A stretch of 64,000 nucleotides of DNA from an uncultured Chloroflexia bacterium (GTDB taxonomy: Bacteria; Chloroflexota; Limnocylindria; Limnocylindrales; CSP1-4), in NCBI GenBank assembly GCA_963833225.1, contig CAWHXD010000006.1, positions 160,001-224,000 of the forward strand, read 5' to 3'. The position numbers and the translations under genes were made by a program. Position 1 is the stretch's first letter; each line of letters begins with the position of its first letter. Shown here piece by piece: positions 49,765 through 59,456 of this stretch. The notes beneath the pieces are model-generated. The model was given only the letters and a program-made list of their open reading frames with translations. It was not told the origin of the DNA and did not search any database.

Positions 49765-50946
49765 CTACGGGATCGAGATGAACTTCCAGTTGTCCGTGAG
49801 GTACGTCTTCGCGGCCTCGGTCTGGGCATCCGTCAGGATGACGGGTGCGGTCGAGGGCGGGTTGAGCGCGGCGGCGGCTGCCTGGTCGATCGTTCCGGCC
49901 GTCGTCATCGCGGCAGACCGGACCGGCAGGGCGAAGCCCTTGAGGAACGTGTTCTGGCCGGCGTCGGAGAAGAGGTACTCCTGCCAGCAGCGAGCGGCCG
50001 CCGGGTGCGCCGCGTCCTTGTTGATCGTGGCGTTGTAGAAGGCGCCGACGGGCGGCGCGTCCGTCGGGATGACGGTCGTCCAGGTGATGCCCTTGGGCTC
50101 CAGGGAGGTGGCCAGCGGGCCGTTGTTGTAGCCCCAGTCGATGACGATCGGGGTCTGGCCCGACGCGATCGTCGCCGGGGTCGGGTCGACCGGCAGCAGG
50201 TTGCCCATGTCGGAGAGCGTCTTGAAGAAGTCAACGCCTGGGGCGATGTCGTCAGCCGAGCCGCCGTTGGCCAGCGCAGCCATCACGACGCCGTTGAAGC
50301 CCGCAGAGGCCTTGAGCGGATCGCCGTTGAGGCCGACCTTGCCCTTGTACTTCGGATCAGCGAGATCGGCGACCTTGGTGATCGTCCCAATGCTGGTGTC
50401 GTAGCCGATCGACATGAAGCCCATGTAGTTGTTGGTCCAGACGCCGTTCGGGTCCTTGTTCCCGTCCGGGATGTCTGCCCACGTCGCGACCTGATACGGC
50501 GCATACATGCCGGTGTTGGCGAGCATGACGGCCGTCCCGAGGTCGAACGTGTCGGGCTGGCGGCCGGTGCCGGCCAGCTGGTTGGCAGCGTCGATCTCCT
50601 GCTGGCTGTTGGCGTCGGGCTGGGCCGAGTTGACCTTGATCCCGTACTTGGTCTGGAAGTCAGTGATCATCTGGCCGTAGTTCGCCCACTCGGGCGGCAG
50701 CGCGATGACGTTGAGCTCGCCCTCGGCCTTGCCGGCGGCGCAGACGGCGTCGACGCCGCCGTCACCAGCGGAGGTGGCGGTCGACCAGTCAACCGCCGCG
50801 GCGGTGGGCTCGGTGGTGGACGCGGTGGTGGGGGCGGTGGTGGGGGCGGTCGTCGGTGCCGACGTGGCACCCGACCCGCCGCAGGCGGCTACCGCGATGA
50901 CGGTGACCGCCAGCGCTGCAATGATCCTGGGTTTCATCGAGTTCAC
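49765..50946 (-). CDS. ABC substrate-binding lipoprotein (polyamine/Fe(III)/thiamine class)
   Basis: Lipobox AVAAC, Thr/Pro tether, LPPEWANYG, HPAAARCWQEYLFSD; GGAGG RBS. Confidence 0.85.
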   Translation of the reverse strand: MNSMKPRIIAALAVTVIAVAACGGSGATSAPTTAPTTAPTTASTTEPTAAAVDWSTATSAGDGGVDAVCAAGKAEGELNVIALPPEWANYGQMITDFQTKYGIKVNSAQPDANSQQEIDAANQLAGTGRQPDTFDLGTAVMLANTGMYAPYQVATWADIPDGNKDPNGVWTNNYMGFMSIGYDTSIGTITKVADLADPKYKGKVGLNGDPLKASAGFNGVVMAALANGGSADDIAPGVDFFKTLSDMGNLLPVDPTPATIASGQTPIVIDWGYNNGPLATSLEPKGITWTTVIPTDAPPVGAFYNATINKDAAHPAAARCWQEYLFSDAGQNTFLKGFALPVRSAAMTTAGTIDQAAAAALNPPSTAPVILTDAQTEAAKTYLTDNWKFISIP

Positions 50947-51173
50947 TCGTTCTCCTCCAATGACCGGTGCTCAACGAGTCCCGGTCGTAAGTCCCGCAAC
51001 TCGGGCGATCTGTGCTTCGGATCCGGCCAATGCCGCGCCCGAACGTTGCAAATCGGAGTCTACCTCCCTGCTTCGGGCCGGTGTTCGCCCGTGCCAGCCG
51101 GTGATCTCATTGCTACCCCCCAATTCGAGTCCTCCGGTCGGGATTGGGATGCCGCGCTACACTCGCCGAACCG

Positions 51174-51569
51174 ATGGACGATCTGTACCGCGACTACATC
51201 CTCGAGCACTACCGCAGGCCCCACAACTTCAGGGTCCTCGAGGCACCCTCGGCATCCTTCGAGGGATCCAACCCCCTGTGTGGTGACCGGATCACGATGC
51301 AGCTGACCATCAAGGACGGCATCGTGTCCGAGGTGGGGTTCACGGGCCGCGGCTGCGCCATCAGCCAGGCGTCGGCCTCGCTGCTGACCGACGAGATCAA
51401 GGGCAAGCCCGTGGAGGACGTCGCCGGGTTCGCCGCCGTGGACCTGCTGGACCTGCTCGGGATCGACATCAGCCCCGCCCGCCTCAAGTGCGCCATGCTC
51501 TCGTTCGAGTCGCTCCAGCACCTGCTCGACGAGACGGGCGTCAAGCCACTTGCCGGGGACGCGGTCTAG
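51174..51569 (+). CDS. sufU: SUF system NifU-family protein SufU
   Basis: LYRDYILEHYRRPHN, NPLCGD, GCAISQASAS, RLKCA. Confidence 0.92.
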   Translation: MDDLYRDYILEHYRRPHNFRVLEAPSASFEGSNPLCGDRITMQLTIKDGIVSEVGFTGRGCAISQASASLLTDEIKGKPVEDVAGFAAVDLLDLLGIDISPARLKCAMLSFESLQHLLDETGVKPLAGDAV

Positions 51570-51627
51570 CACCGCCACCGTCCGTCCGCCGTTCCGGCGG
51601 CCCGTCGTCGCACCGGAGCCTGACGCC

Positions 51628-52839
51628 ATGTCGAAGACCTACGACGAGCTCCTTCGCCAGGCCCGGAGCGAGATCCGGGAGGTCACGCCGGCGGAGGCGG
51701 ACGCGGCCCGGCAGCGGGGTGGCACGGCGCTCATCGACGTCCGCGAGGCATCCGAGTGGGAGCAGGGTCACGTCCCGGGTGCGCGGCTTGTCGCCAAGAG
51801 CCACGTCGAGCAGGACATCGAGGCGGCGGTTCCCGACCACGCGACGCCCATCGTGCTGTACTGCGCCGCCGGGGTCCGCTCGCTGTTCGTGGCCCAGACG
51901 CTCCAGGCGATGGGCTACCACGACGTCGCATCCATGGCCGGCGGCTTCGACGCCTGGAAGCGCCAGGGCCTGGAGTGGTCGCAGCCGCGCGGCCTCACCG
52001 ACACGCAGCGGCAGCGCTACAGCCGTCATCTCCTCATCCCGGAGGTCGGGTCCGATGGGCAGGCGAAGCTCCTCGGCGCGCGCGTGCTGCTCATCGGCGC
52101 CGGTGGCCTCGGGTCGCCGGCCGCCCTGTACCTCGCGGCAGCTGGCACCGGGACGATCGGGATCGTCGACTTCGACGTCGTTGACTTGTCCAACCTCCAG
52201 CGCCAGGTCCTCCACACCAGCGACCGCGTGGGTGAGAAGAAGGTCGACAGCGCACGGCGGACGCTCAACGCGCTCAACCCCGACGTCACGGTGGTCGCGC
52301 ACGACGAGATGCTGGTGGCGGGCAACGTCGAGCGGATCATCGCCGGCTACGACGTCATCCTCGACGGCACCGACACCTTCGAGACGCGCTACGTCGTCAA
52401 CGACGCGGCGGTCGCGGCCGGGATCCCGGTGGTTCACGCGAGCGTGTTCCGGTTCGAGGGCCAGCTGACGACGTTCATCCCCTACGAAGGGCCCTGCTAT
52501 CGCTGCCTGTACCCGACGCCGCCCCCGCCGGAGCTCGCGCCCGGCTGCTCGGTGGCCGGGGTGCTTGGGGTGGTCCCCGGGATCATGGGCCTGCTCCAGG
52601 CGAACGAGGTGCTGAAGCTCCTGCTCGGGCTCGGCACCACCCTGTCCGGGCGGCTCGTCCTGTTCGATGCCCTGGAGACGGAGTTCACCGAGCTCCACCT
52701 GCGCCGCGATCCCGCCTGCCCGGTCTGCTCCGACGAGGCGCGCGCCGCCCGCGCGGCCGGCCAGCCGCTGCCGGTCCTCGGCAGCGAGGCGGCCGCGTCC
52801 GGCGAGACGGGCGTGTTCACGCTGGGCGGGCCGCGTTGA
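51628..52839 (+). CDS. moeB: Rhodanese-MoeB/ThiF (E1-like) adenylyltransferase
   Basis: N-terminal rhodanese (IDVRE, YCAAGVRS), RYSRH, IGAGGLG, SNLQRQ, CYRC, CPVC. Confidence 0.9.
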   Translation: MSKTYDELLRQARSEIREVTPAEADAARQRGGTALIDVREASEWEQGHVPGARLVAKSHVEQDIEAAVPDHATPIVLYCAAGVRSLFVAQTLQAMGYHDVASMAGGFDAWKRQGLEWSQPRGLTDTQRQRYSRHLLIPEVGSDGQAKLLGARVLLIGAGGLGSPAALYLAAAGTGTIGIVDFDVVDLSNLQRQVLHTSDRVGEKKVDSARRTLNALNPDVTVVAHDEMLVAGNVERIIAGYDVILDGTDTFETRYVVNDAAVAAGIPVVHASVFRFEGQLTTFIPYEGPCYRCLYPTPPPPELAPGCSVAGVLGVVPGIMGLLQANEVLKLLLGLGTTLSGRLVLFDALETEFTELHLRRDPACPVCSDEARAARAAGQPLPVLGSEAAASGETGVFTLGGPR

Positions 52840-53270
52840 GCGTGGGTCATCCCGGGCCGCGAGCGGTGCGACTGACCCCGGCCATCGTGGGCGCCATCAT
52901 CGACCAGGCACGCGCCGAGGCCCCGCTCGAGGCCTGCGGGCTGGTCATCGGCTCCCGTGAGGCGGCCGATGGCGGCGAGGCGCTGCGGTACGTGCCTTGC
53001 CGCAACGAGCTTGCCTCGCCCGTCCGCTACTCGGTGCATCCCGACGACCTGTACCGGGTCACCGTGGATGCGGACGATGCCGGCGAGGTCATCTGGGGCA
53101 TCGCCCACTCGCACCCCAGGTCGCCCGCCATCCCGTCGCTCACCGACATTGGTCGCGCGTTCTACCCGGCCACCCTGTACATCCTCGTCTCGCTGTCGGA
53201 CGAGCCGGCGCTCCGCGCCTGGCGGATCGTCGACGGCGTGCGGCACGAGGTTGCGCTGGAGGTCGCATGA
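52836..53270 (+). CDS. M67/JAMM metallopeptidase (Mec-like)
   Basis: EACG...HSHPRSPAIPSLTD JAMM motif. Confidence 0.88.
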   Translation: MSVGHPGPRAVRLTPAIVGAIIDQARAEAPLEACGLVIGSREAADGGEALRYVPCRNELASPVRYSVHPDDLYRVTVDADDAGEVIWGIAHSHPRSPAIPSLTDIGRAFYPATLYILVSLSDEPALRAWRIVDGVRHEVALEVA

Positions 53271-53692
53271 ACGGGAACGGGCTTGATCGCGGCCGGCTCG
53301 CATGGCTGCTGGCGGGGGCCGCCGCCCTGCTGGGCGGCACGGCGCTCGGCTGGAACGGCGACCTGCTGGCGGCCATCGCCACCCCACCGTCCGTCGTCCG
53401 CGCGGCGCTGGTCGGGATCAGCGTCGTGGGCGCCCTGTGGTGCCTGGTCGAAGCGGTTCGCCGCCTGGAGGCCGGCCGCCACCTGGCGTCGGCCGGGCTG
53501 ACGGGACGTGACCTCGCCACGCTCGTGCGTGGCGTTCGCTTCGTGTTCCTGGCGGTCGCCGCGCTGTCCGCGGCGGCAGGCTGGCTGGTGGGCCACCCGC
53601 TCCCGTTCGTCGTGGCGCTCGTGATCGCGGGCGTGGACATTCTCGAGACGACGTTCCTGCTGGTGGTGGTCGCCCTGCGCCGCGAGGGATGA
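53267..53692 (+). CDS. Hypothetical membrane protein
   Basis: ATGA-coupled to the JAMM gene; four hydrophobic segments. Confidence 0.65.
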   Translation: MNGNGLDRGRLAWLLAGAAALLGGTALGWNGDLLAAIATPPSVVRAALVGISVVGALWCLVEAVRRLEAGRHLASAGLTGRDLATLVRGVRFVFLAVAALSAAAGWLVGHPLPFVVALVIAGVDILETTFLLVVVALRREG

Positions 53693-53775
53693 GGGCCGCC
53701 TCGAGGGTTGAGTCGCGCATTTGGGCCCTCGGGGGAGCGAGCGTACTGTAGTGGCGTTCGTACCAGGGAGGCCCC

Positions 53776-56169
53776 ATGTCCGGCACAACCCCGACCCATC
53801 CCAGCGCCCTCTCCGCCGACGAGTTGGGGCGCATCGACGCCTACTGGCGGGCCGCCAACTATCTCTCCGTCGGCCAGATCTACCTGCTCGACAACCCGCT
53901 GCTGCGGACCGCCCTCGAGCCCGCGCACGTCAAGCCGCGGCTCCTCGGCCACTGGGGCACGACCCCGGGTCTCAACCTGATCTACGCGCACATGAACCGC
54001 GTGATCAAGCGCAACGACCTCGACGCGATCTACGTGATCGGGCCTGGGCACGGGGGGCCCGCGATCGTCGCCAACGCGTACCTCGAAGGCACCTACACGG
54101 ACGTCTACCCCTCGATCACGCGCGACGAGGAGGGGATGCGGAAGCTGTTCCGCCAGTTCTCGTTCCCGGGCGGGATCCCGAGCCACGTGGCGCCCGAGAC
54201 GCCAGGCTCCATTCACGAGGGCGGCGAGCTCGGGTACGCGCTGTCGCACGCCTACGGCGCCGCGTTCGACAACCCGAACCTGCTGGTATGTGCCGTGGTC
54301 GGCGACGGTGAGGCCGAGACGGGTCCGCTGGCAACGAGCTGGCACAGCAACAAGTTCCTCAGCCCGGTCCGTGACGGCGCCGTGCTCCCGATCCTGCACC
54401 TCAACGGCTACAAGATCGCCAACCCGACGGTGCTCGCCAGGATCCCGCGCGCCGAGCTGGCCGCGTTGATGGAGGGCTACGGCCACACGCCGTACTTCGT
54501 GGAGGGCGACGATCCGGCCGACGTCCACCAGCAGCTCGCCGCGACGCTGGACACGGTCGTCGCCGAGATCGGCGAGATCCAGCGGCGGGCCCGCGAGGAC
54601 GGCGTCACCGAACGCCCTCGCTGGCCAATGATCGTGCTCCGGACGCCCAAGGGCTGGACAGGCCCCAGGGAGATCGACGGCAAGCCTGTCGAGGGGACGT
54701 GGCGATCACACCAGGTCCCGATGGGCGAGGTGCGCACGAACGCCGAGCACCGCGCGATCCTCGAGACGTGGATGCGGAGCTACCGGCCCGAGGAGCTGTT
54801 CGATGACCATGGACGGCTTCGTCCGGACCTCGCCGAGCTGGCCCCCACCGGGACCCGGCGCATGAGCGCGAACCCCGTTGCCAATGGTGGCGAGCTCTTG
54901 CGGGACCTGATCCTTCCCGACTTCCGCGACTACGCCGTCGACGTGCCGGCACCGGGCGGCACGGACGCGGAAGCCACCCGCGTGCTCGGAGCGTTCCTCC
55001 GTGACGTCATCGATCGCAACCGCGACACGTTCCGCCTGTTCGGCCCCGACGAAACGCAGTCGAATCGTCTCGGGGCGGCGTTCGAGGTGACGGATCGCCA
55101 GTTTGACGCCCAGATCCTGCCGACCGACGAGTTCCAGGCCCCGGAGGGCCGGGTCATGGAGGTGCTCTCGGAGCACCAGTGCCAGGGCTGGCTGGAGGGC
55201 TACCTGCTCACGGGCCGGCACGGCCTGTTGAACTGCTACGAGGCGTTCATCCACATCGTCGATTCGATGTTCAACCAGCACGCGAAGTGGCTCAAGGTCA
55301 CCCGCGACATCGCCTGGCGCCGCCCGGTCGCGTCGTTGAACTACGTCCTCTCCTCGCTCGTCTGGCGGCAGGATCACAACGGCTTCTCCCACCAGGATCC
55401 GGGGTTCATCGACCATGTCGTCAACAAGAAGGCCGACGTCATCCGGGTCTACCTCCCACCCGACGCGAACACGCTGCTGTCCGTCGGCGACCACTGCCTC
55501 CGGAGCCGGAACTACGTCAACGTCATCGTGGCCGGCAAGCAGCCGAGCCCCAACTGGCTGACGATGGACCAGGCGATCCTGCACTGCACCCGCGGCATCG
55601 GGATCTGGGACTGGGCAAGCAATGATCAGGACGGTGAGCCAGACGTCGTGATCGCCGCTGCGGGCGACGTCCCCACGCTGGAGGCCCTGGCGGCGGTGGA
55701 CCTCATCCGCCAGCACCTGCCGGACCTGCGGGTCCGATTCGTGAACGTCGTGGACCTGATGCGGCTCCAGGACGAGAAGGAACACCCCCACGGCCTCTCG
55801 AACCCCGAGTTCGACGCCCTGTTCACGCAGGACAAGCCGATCGTCTTTGCCTACCACGGCTACCCGTGGCTGATCCACCGCCTCACGTACCGCCGGACCA
55901 ACCACGCGAACATGCACGTCCGCGGCTACAAGGAGGAGGGGACCACGACCACGCCGTTCGACATGGTGATGCTCAACGACCTCGACCGGTACCACCTCGT
56001 GATCGACGTGATCGACCAGGTGCCGGGGCTCGGGCCCCGCGCGGGCCACGTTCGCCAGCTGATGGTCGACAAGCGGATCGAGGCCCGCGCCTATACGCGG
56101 CGCGAGGGCGAGGACGCACCGGAGATCGCGAACTGGGCGTGGAACCAAGGGGCGGATGGCTCGCGGTAG
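53776..56169 (+). CDS. xfp: Phosphoketolase (Xfp/Xpk)
   Basis: [51 protein letters not shown]; 797 aa. Confidence 0.95.
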   Translation: MSGTTPTHPSALSADELGRIDAYWRAANYLSVGQIYLLDNPLLRTALEPAHVKPRLLGHWGTTPGLNLIYAHMNRVIKRNDLDAIYVIGPGHGGPAIVANAYLEGTYTDVYPSITRDEEGMRKLFRQFSFPGGIPSHVAPETPGSIHEGGELGYALSHAYGAAFDNPNLLVCAVVGDGEAETGPLATSWHSNKFLSPVRDGAVLPILHLNGYKIANPTVLARIPRAELAALMEGYGHTPYFVEGDDPADVHQQLAATLDTVVAEIGEIQRRAREDGVTERPRWPMIVLRTPKGWTGPREIDGKPVEGTWRSHQVPMGEVRTNAEHRAILETWMRSYRPEELFDDHGRLRPDLAELAPTGTRRMSANPVANGGELLRDLILPDFRDYAVDVPAPGGTDAEATRVLGAFLRDVIDRNRDTFRLFGPDETQSNRLGAAFEVTDRQFDAQILPTDEFQAPEGRVMEVLSEHQCQGWLEGYLLTGRHGLLNCYEAFIHIVDSMFNQHAKWLKVTRDIAWRRPVASLNYVLSSLVWRQDHNGFSHQDPGFIDHVVNKKADVIRVYLPPDANTLLSVGDHCLRSRNYVNVIVAGKQPSPNWLTMDQAILHCTRGIGIWDWASNDQDGEPDVVIAAAGDVPTLEALAAVDLIRQHLPDLRVRFVNVVDLMRLQDEKEHPHGLSNPEFDALFTQDKPIVFAYHGYPWLIHRLTYRRTNHANMHVRGYKEEGTTTTPFDMVMLNDLDRYHLVIDVIDQVPGLGPRAGHVRQLMVDKRIEARAYTRREGEDAPEIANWAWNQGADGSR

Positions 56170-56196
56170 CGTCGCTTCCGAGCTCGGAGGGTCCCG

Positions 56197-57315
56197 GTGA
56201 GGGTCCTCGTCGTCAACGCGGGGTCCAGCAGCCTCAAGCTCCGGGTGCTCGACGAGGCGGACGCGATCGTCGCCGAGGCGGACCTGCCGCCGCCGGGCGG
56301 GCCCGACGACGCCACGACACTGATCGGTGCGCTCCCGTCGCTGGGGCCGGTCGAGGCGGTCGGGCATCGCGTGGTCCACGGCGGAACCCGCTATACGGTC
56401 CCGATGCTCGTGGACAGCGGGGTGATCGCCGGGCTCCGGGAGCTGACGGCACTCGCGCCGCTTCATCAGCCCAAGTCACTCGCCGGGCTGGAGGTGATGG
56501 TCACGGCGCTCCCCGGCGTGCCCAACGTCGCCTGCTTCGACACGGCGTTCCACGCCACGATCCCGGCCACCGCGGCGACCTACGCGATCCCCGCGGAATG
56601 GCGCCGCCGGTGGGCCGTCCAGCGCTATGGGTTCCACGGGCTCTCCCACGCCTACGCGTCGCGTCGCGTCGCCGAGCTCCTGGGCCGTGATGCCGATGCC
56701 GACCTGCGGGTCGTCACCTGTCACCTCGGGGCCGGTGCCTCCCTCGCCGCCGTCCGCGGAGGCCGGTCCGTGGACACCACGATGGGCTTCACGCCCCTCG
56801 AGGGACTCGTGATGGCGACCCGCTCCGGGACCGTGGATCCGGGGCTCGTCCTGTGGCTCGCGGAGCACGAGATGGTGCCCGTGGCGGAGATCGCGCACGC
56901 CCTGGAGCACCGGTCGGGCCTGCTCGGCCTGGCCGGGACCGCGGACATGCGGGCGGTGATCGACGGGGCGCAGGCCGGGCACCCCGAAGCGCGCCTGGCC
57001 ATTGACGTCTACGTCCATCGGCTGCGGGCCGGCATTGCCGCCATGGTGGCCTCCCTGGGTGGACTGGATGCGATCGCGTTCACCGGAGGGGTCGGCGAGC
57101 GGTCGCCGGTCACCCGTGCCCTCGCGGCTGACGGGCTCGGGTTCCTCGGCATCGCGCTTGACCCGGTTGCGAACGCCGGCGCCGGCGGCCGTGGCGAGGC
57201 TGCGGACCGTGATGTCTCGGCGGCAGGCGCGAGCGTCCGGGCGTTCGTGATCCCGGCCCGGGAGGACGTCGAGATCGCGCGGGCGGTCCGGTCGGTGCTG
57301 GGGGCTGCGTCCTGA
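56197..57315 (+). CDS. ackA: Acetate/propionate kinase
   Basis: VNAGSSSLK, GHRVVHGG, FDTAFH, YGFHGLSH, TMGFTPLEG, FTGGVGE. Confidence 0.93.
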   Translation: MRVLVVNAGSSSLKLRVLDEADAIVAEADLPPPGGPDDATTLIGALPSLGPVEAVGHRVVHGGTRYTVPMLVDSGVIAGLRELTALAPLHQPKSLAGLEVMVTALPGVPNVACFDTAFHATIPATAATYAIPAEWRRRWAVQRYGFHGLSHAYASRRVAELLGRDADADLRVVTCHLGAGASLAAVRGGRSVDTTMGFTPLEGLVMATRSGTVDPGLVLWLAEHEMVPVAEIAHALEHRSGLLGLAGTADMRAVIDGAQAGHPEARLAIDVYVHRLRAGIAAMVASLGGLDAIAFTGGVGERSPVTRALAADGLGFLGIALDPVANAGAGGRGEAADRDVSAAGASVRAFVIPAREDVEIARAVRSVLGAAS

Positions 57316-57407
57316 GGTTCGGGCACCATGAGGGCCGTTGATCGGGCCGTTCGGCCGTCCCGACAGGCGTCCGGAAGCGCGACGATGCGGGGGATCGGAG
57401 GTCCCCG

Positions 57408-58319
57408 ATGCGCATCTTGCTCGCCGTCGATGGCTCAGCCTGCAGCAACCGGGCCCTGGAGTTGGTCCAGGGCTTCCGCCTATCGCCCGACTCGGTGATC
57501 CGCGTTGTTGCCGTCCACCAGCCGTTGTCCGACACGCTTGCCGTGTCCTGGGCGTCGCCCGGCGGGGACACCTCCACGGGCGGCGAGACCGAGGACGAGG
57601 CGGAGATCCGCGTCCTGCGCGAAGGGGTGGCGCTCGCGGAGGCCGATCTCGCCGACACCGGGGCCACCGTGGAGGGGTTCCTGCTCGAGGGTCGCCCGGG
57701 CACCGCGATCGTCGACGAGGCGGGAGACATGGGCGCGGACCTTGTCGTGGTGGGCAGTCGCGGCCACGGTCGGATCGCCACCATGCTGCTCGGCAGCACC
57801 GCTTCCGAGATCGTCGATCATGCGCCGTGCCCGGTGCTCGTCGCGCGCCACCACCACCTGGCGCCACTGGCGTTCGCGGACGACGGCTCCGCGTCGGCCC
57901 ACCACGCGGAGCAGGTGTTCACGGCCTGGCCGATCTTTGCCGGGATGCCGGTCTCGGTGGTGACGGTCGCGGAGGTCGCCGTCCCGGTCGCGGCCGGGTT
58001 CACCCCCGGCCTCTACGACCAGGTCCTGGAGAGCTACACGAAGTCCGTCGACGAAGCCCGCCGGGAGGTCATGGTGGAGGCGGACAACGAGGCGCATCGC
58101 CTGGCGGACGCGGGCTACCCGGCGACGGCGATCGCGCTCGAGGGCGACCCGGCGACAGAGATCGTCCGGTTCGCCTCGGAGCAGCACGTCGGCGCCATCG
58201 TGATGGGTACCCGCGGGCACACCGGCCTCACCCGTCTGCTCATGGGCAGCGTCGCGCGCAACGTCCTGCTCCATGCCCCGTGCTCGGTGCTGATCGTGCG
58301 GGAGCACGCCAAGCCGTAG
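57408..58319 (+). CDS. Tandem universal stress protein
   Basis: ILLAVDGS, VVGSRGHG..LLGS, VMGTRG..LMGSV, APCSVLIV. Confidence 0.9.
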   Translation: MRILLAVDGSACSNRALELVQGFRLSPDSVIRVVAVHQPLSDTLAVSWASPGGDTSTGGETEDEAEIRVLREGVALAEADLADTGATVEGFLLEGRPGTAIVDEAGDMGADLVVVGSRGHGRIATMLLGSTASEIVDHAPCPVLVARHHHLAPLAFADDGSASAHHAEQVFTAWPIFAGMPVSVVTVAEVAVPVAAGFTPGLYDQVLESYTKSVDEARREVMVEADNEAHRLADAGYPATAIALEGDPATEIVRFASEQHVGAIVMGTRGHTGLTRLLMGSVARNVLLHAPCSVLIVREHAKP

Positions 58320-58341
58320 TCACCGGCACAGCGGCGACCGC

Positions 58342-59415
58342 TCAGCGCTGGTCTGCTGCGCGCTCCGCGGCCAGCGCGCCGACGCGCTCGACGAGTCGCC
58401 GAAGGAACGCATCCGCGTCGGCCTCCACCGCCACGTCGGCGTTTGGCGTGCGACCCCAGAGCCTCCTCCAGTCCGCGACCGTCTGCGCGTCCGCAACCCC
58501 GCCAGACGTGTCGACATCGACCGCGGCCCCCTCGGACCGCACCAGGGACGGATCCAGCGCGCAGGCCACGACCAGCGGGTCATGGATGAAGGCACCGTAG
58601 AAGCCGTCGTACCGGGCGTGGAACTCGAAGTAGTAGCGGAGCGCATCGGCGATGAACCGGACGACGGGGACGCTCGCCGATGATGCGCGGGCGGGATTCG
58701 GGGCCTGGCCCGGATCGAGGCCGAGATCGCCCGCGCTCCCGGCGCGGGTGGCCAGCGCGGCCACGTCATCCGGCAGGATCCGCGCCCGCTCGGTCACGTC
58801 GAGGCCCATCAGGAGCGCCCGCGGCAGCTCCGGATCGCCGGCGACCGACGCCTGCCACGCCGCGAGGCAGATCCGGGCCGCCTCCGGGTCGCAATGGATG
58901 TTCCACTCGGTGGTCGGCGTCGTGTTGCCCGGCGCCCGGAACGTGCCACCCATCGCGACCCATCGTCGGAGGAGGCGCGGCAGGCGCGGCTCGGCCAGGA
59001 CGGCGATGGCGAGGTTGGTGAGCGGTCCGAGGGTCACCAGCGTGATCTCGCCGGGCCGCTTGCGAGCCTCGTCCACGATGAGCTGCGGGCCGAACCTCGA
59101 CGAGATCGGTCGAGTCGGCTCGGGCAGCGTGGCGTACCCGATCCCGTGCGGACCGTGCGTCTCCGGCGTGATCTCCAGCGGTCGCAGGAGTGGGACCGGC
59201 CGCCCTGCCGCCACCTCGACATCACCTCGACCGGCGAGCTCGAGGATGGCCCGGGTGTTGCGGGCGACGTCGGTGACCTCGGCGTTGCCGGACAGGCAGG
59301 TGACCCCGACCAGGTCAGCCTCGGGGCTGGCGGCCGCATAGAGGAGGGCCAGGGAGTCATCGATGCCGGTGTCGACATCGAGGATCAGCGGGGTTCGCGC
59401 GTTGTCGGTGCTCAC
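58342..59415 (-). CDS. Nucleoside hydrolase (IUNH family)
   Basis: DVDTGIDD, LGPLTN, MGG, EWNIHCDPEAA, HDP. Confidence 0.9.
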   Translation of the reverse strand: MSTDNARTPLILDVDTGIDDSLALLYAAASPEADLVGVTCLSGNAEVTDVARNTRAILELAGRGDVEVAAGRPVPLLRPLEITPETHGPHGIGYATLPEPTRPISSRFGPQLIVDEARKRPGEITLVTLGPLTNLAIAVLAEPRLPRLLRRWVAMGGTFRAPGNTTPTTEWNIHCDPEAARICLAAWQASVAGDPELPRALLMGLDVTERARILPDDVAALATRAGSAGDLGLDPGQAPNPARASSASVPVVRFIADALRYYFEFHARYDGFYGAFIHDPLVVACALDPSLVRSEGAAVDVDTSGGVADAQTVADWRRLWGRTPNADVAVEADADAFLRRLVERVGALAAERAADQR

Positions 59416-59456
59416 CCGACCGATGCTAGCGGGATTGGGCGGGCGCCGGGTGCTCG

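Noticed and set aside
50950-51170. Riboswitch or tRNA upstream of the ABC binding-protein gene
   Set aside because: No recognisable TPP, cobalamin, SAM or tRNA consensus; an Infernal/Rfam scan would be needed to exclude one fully.
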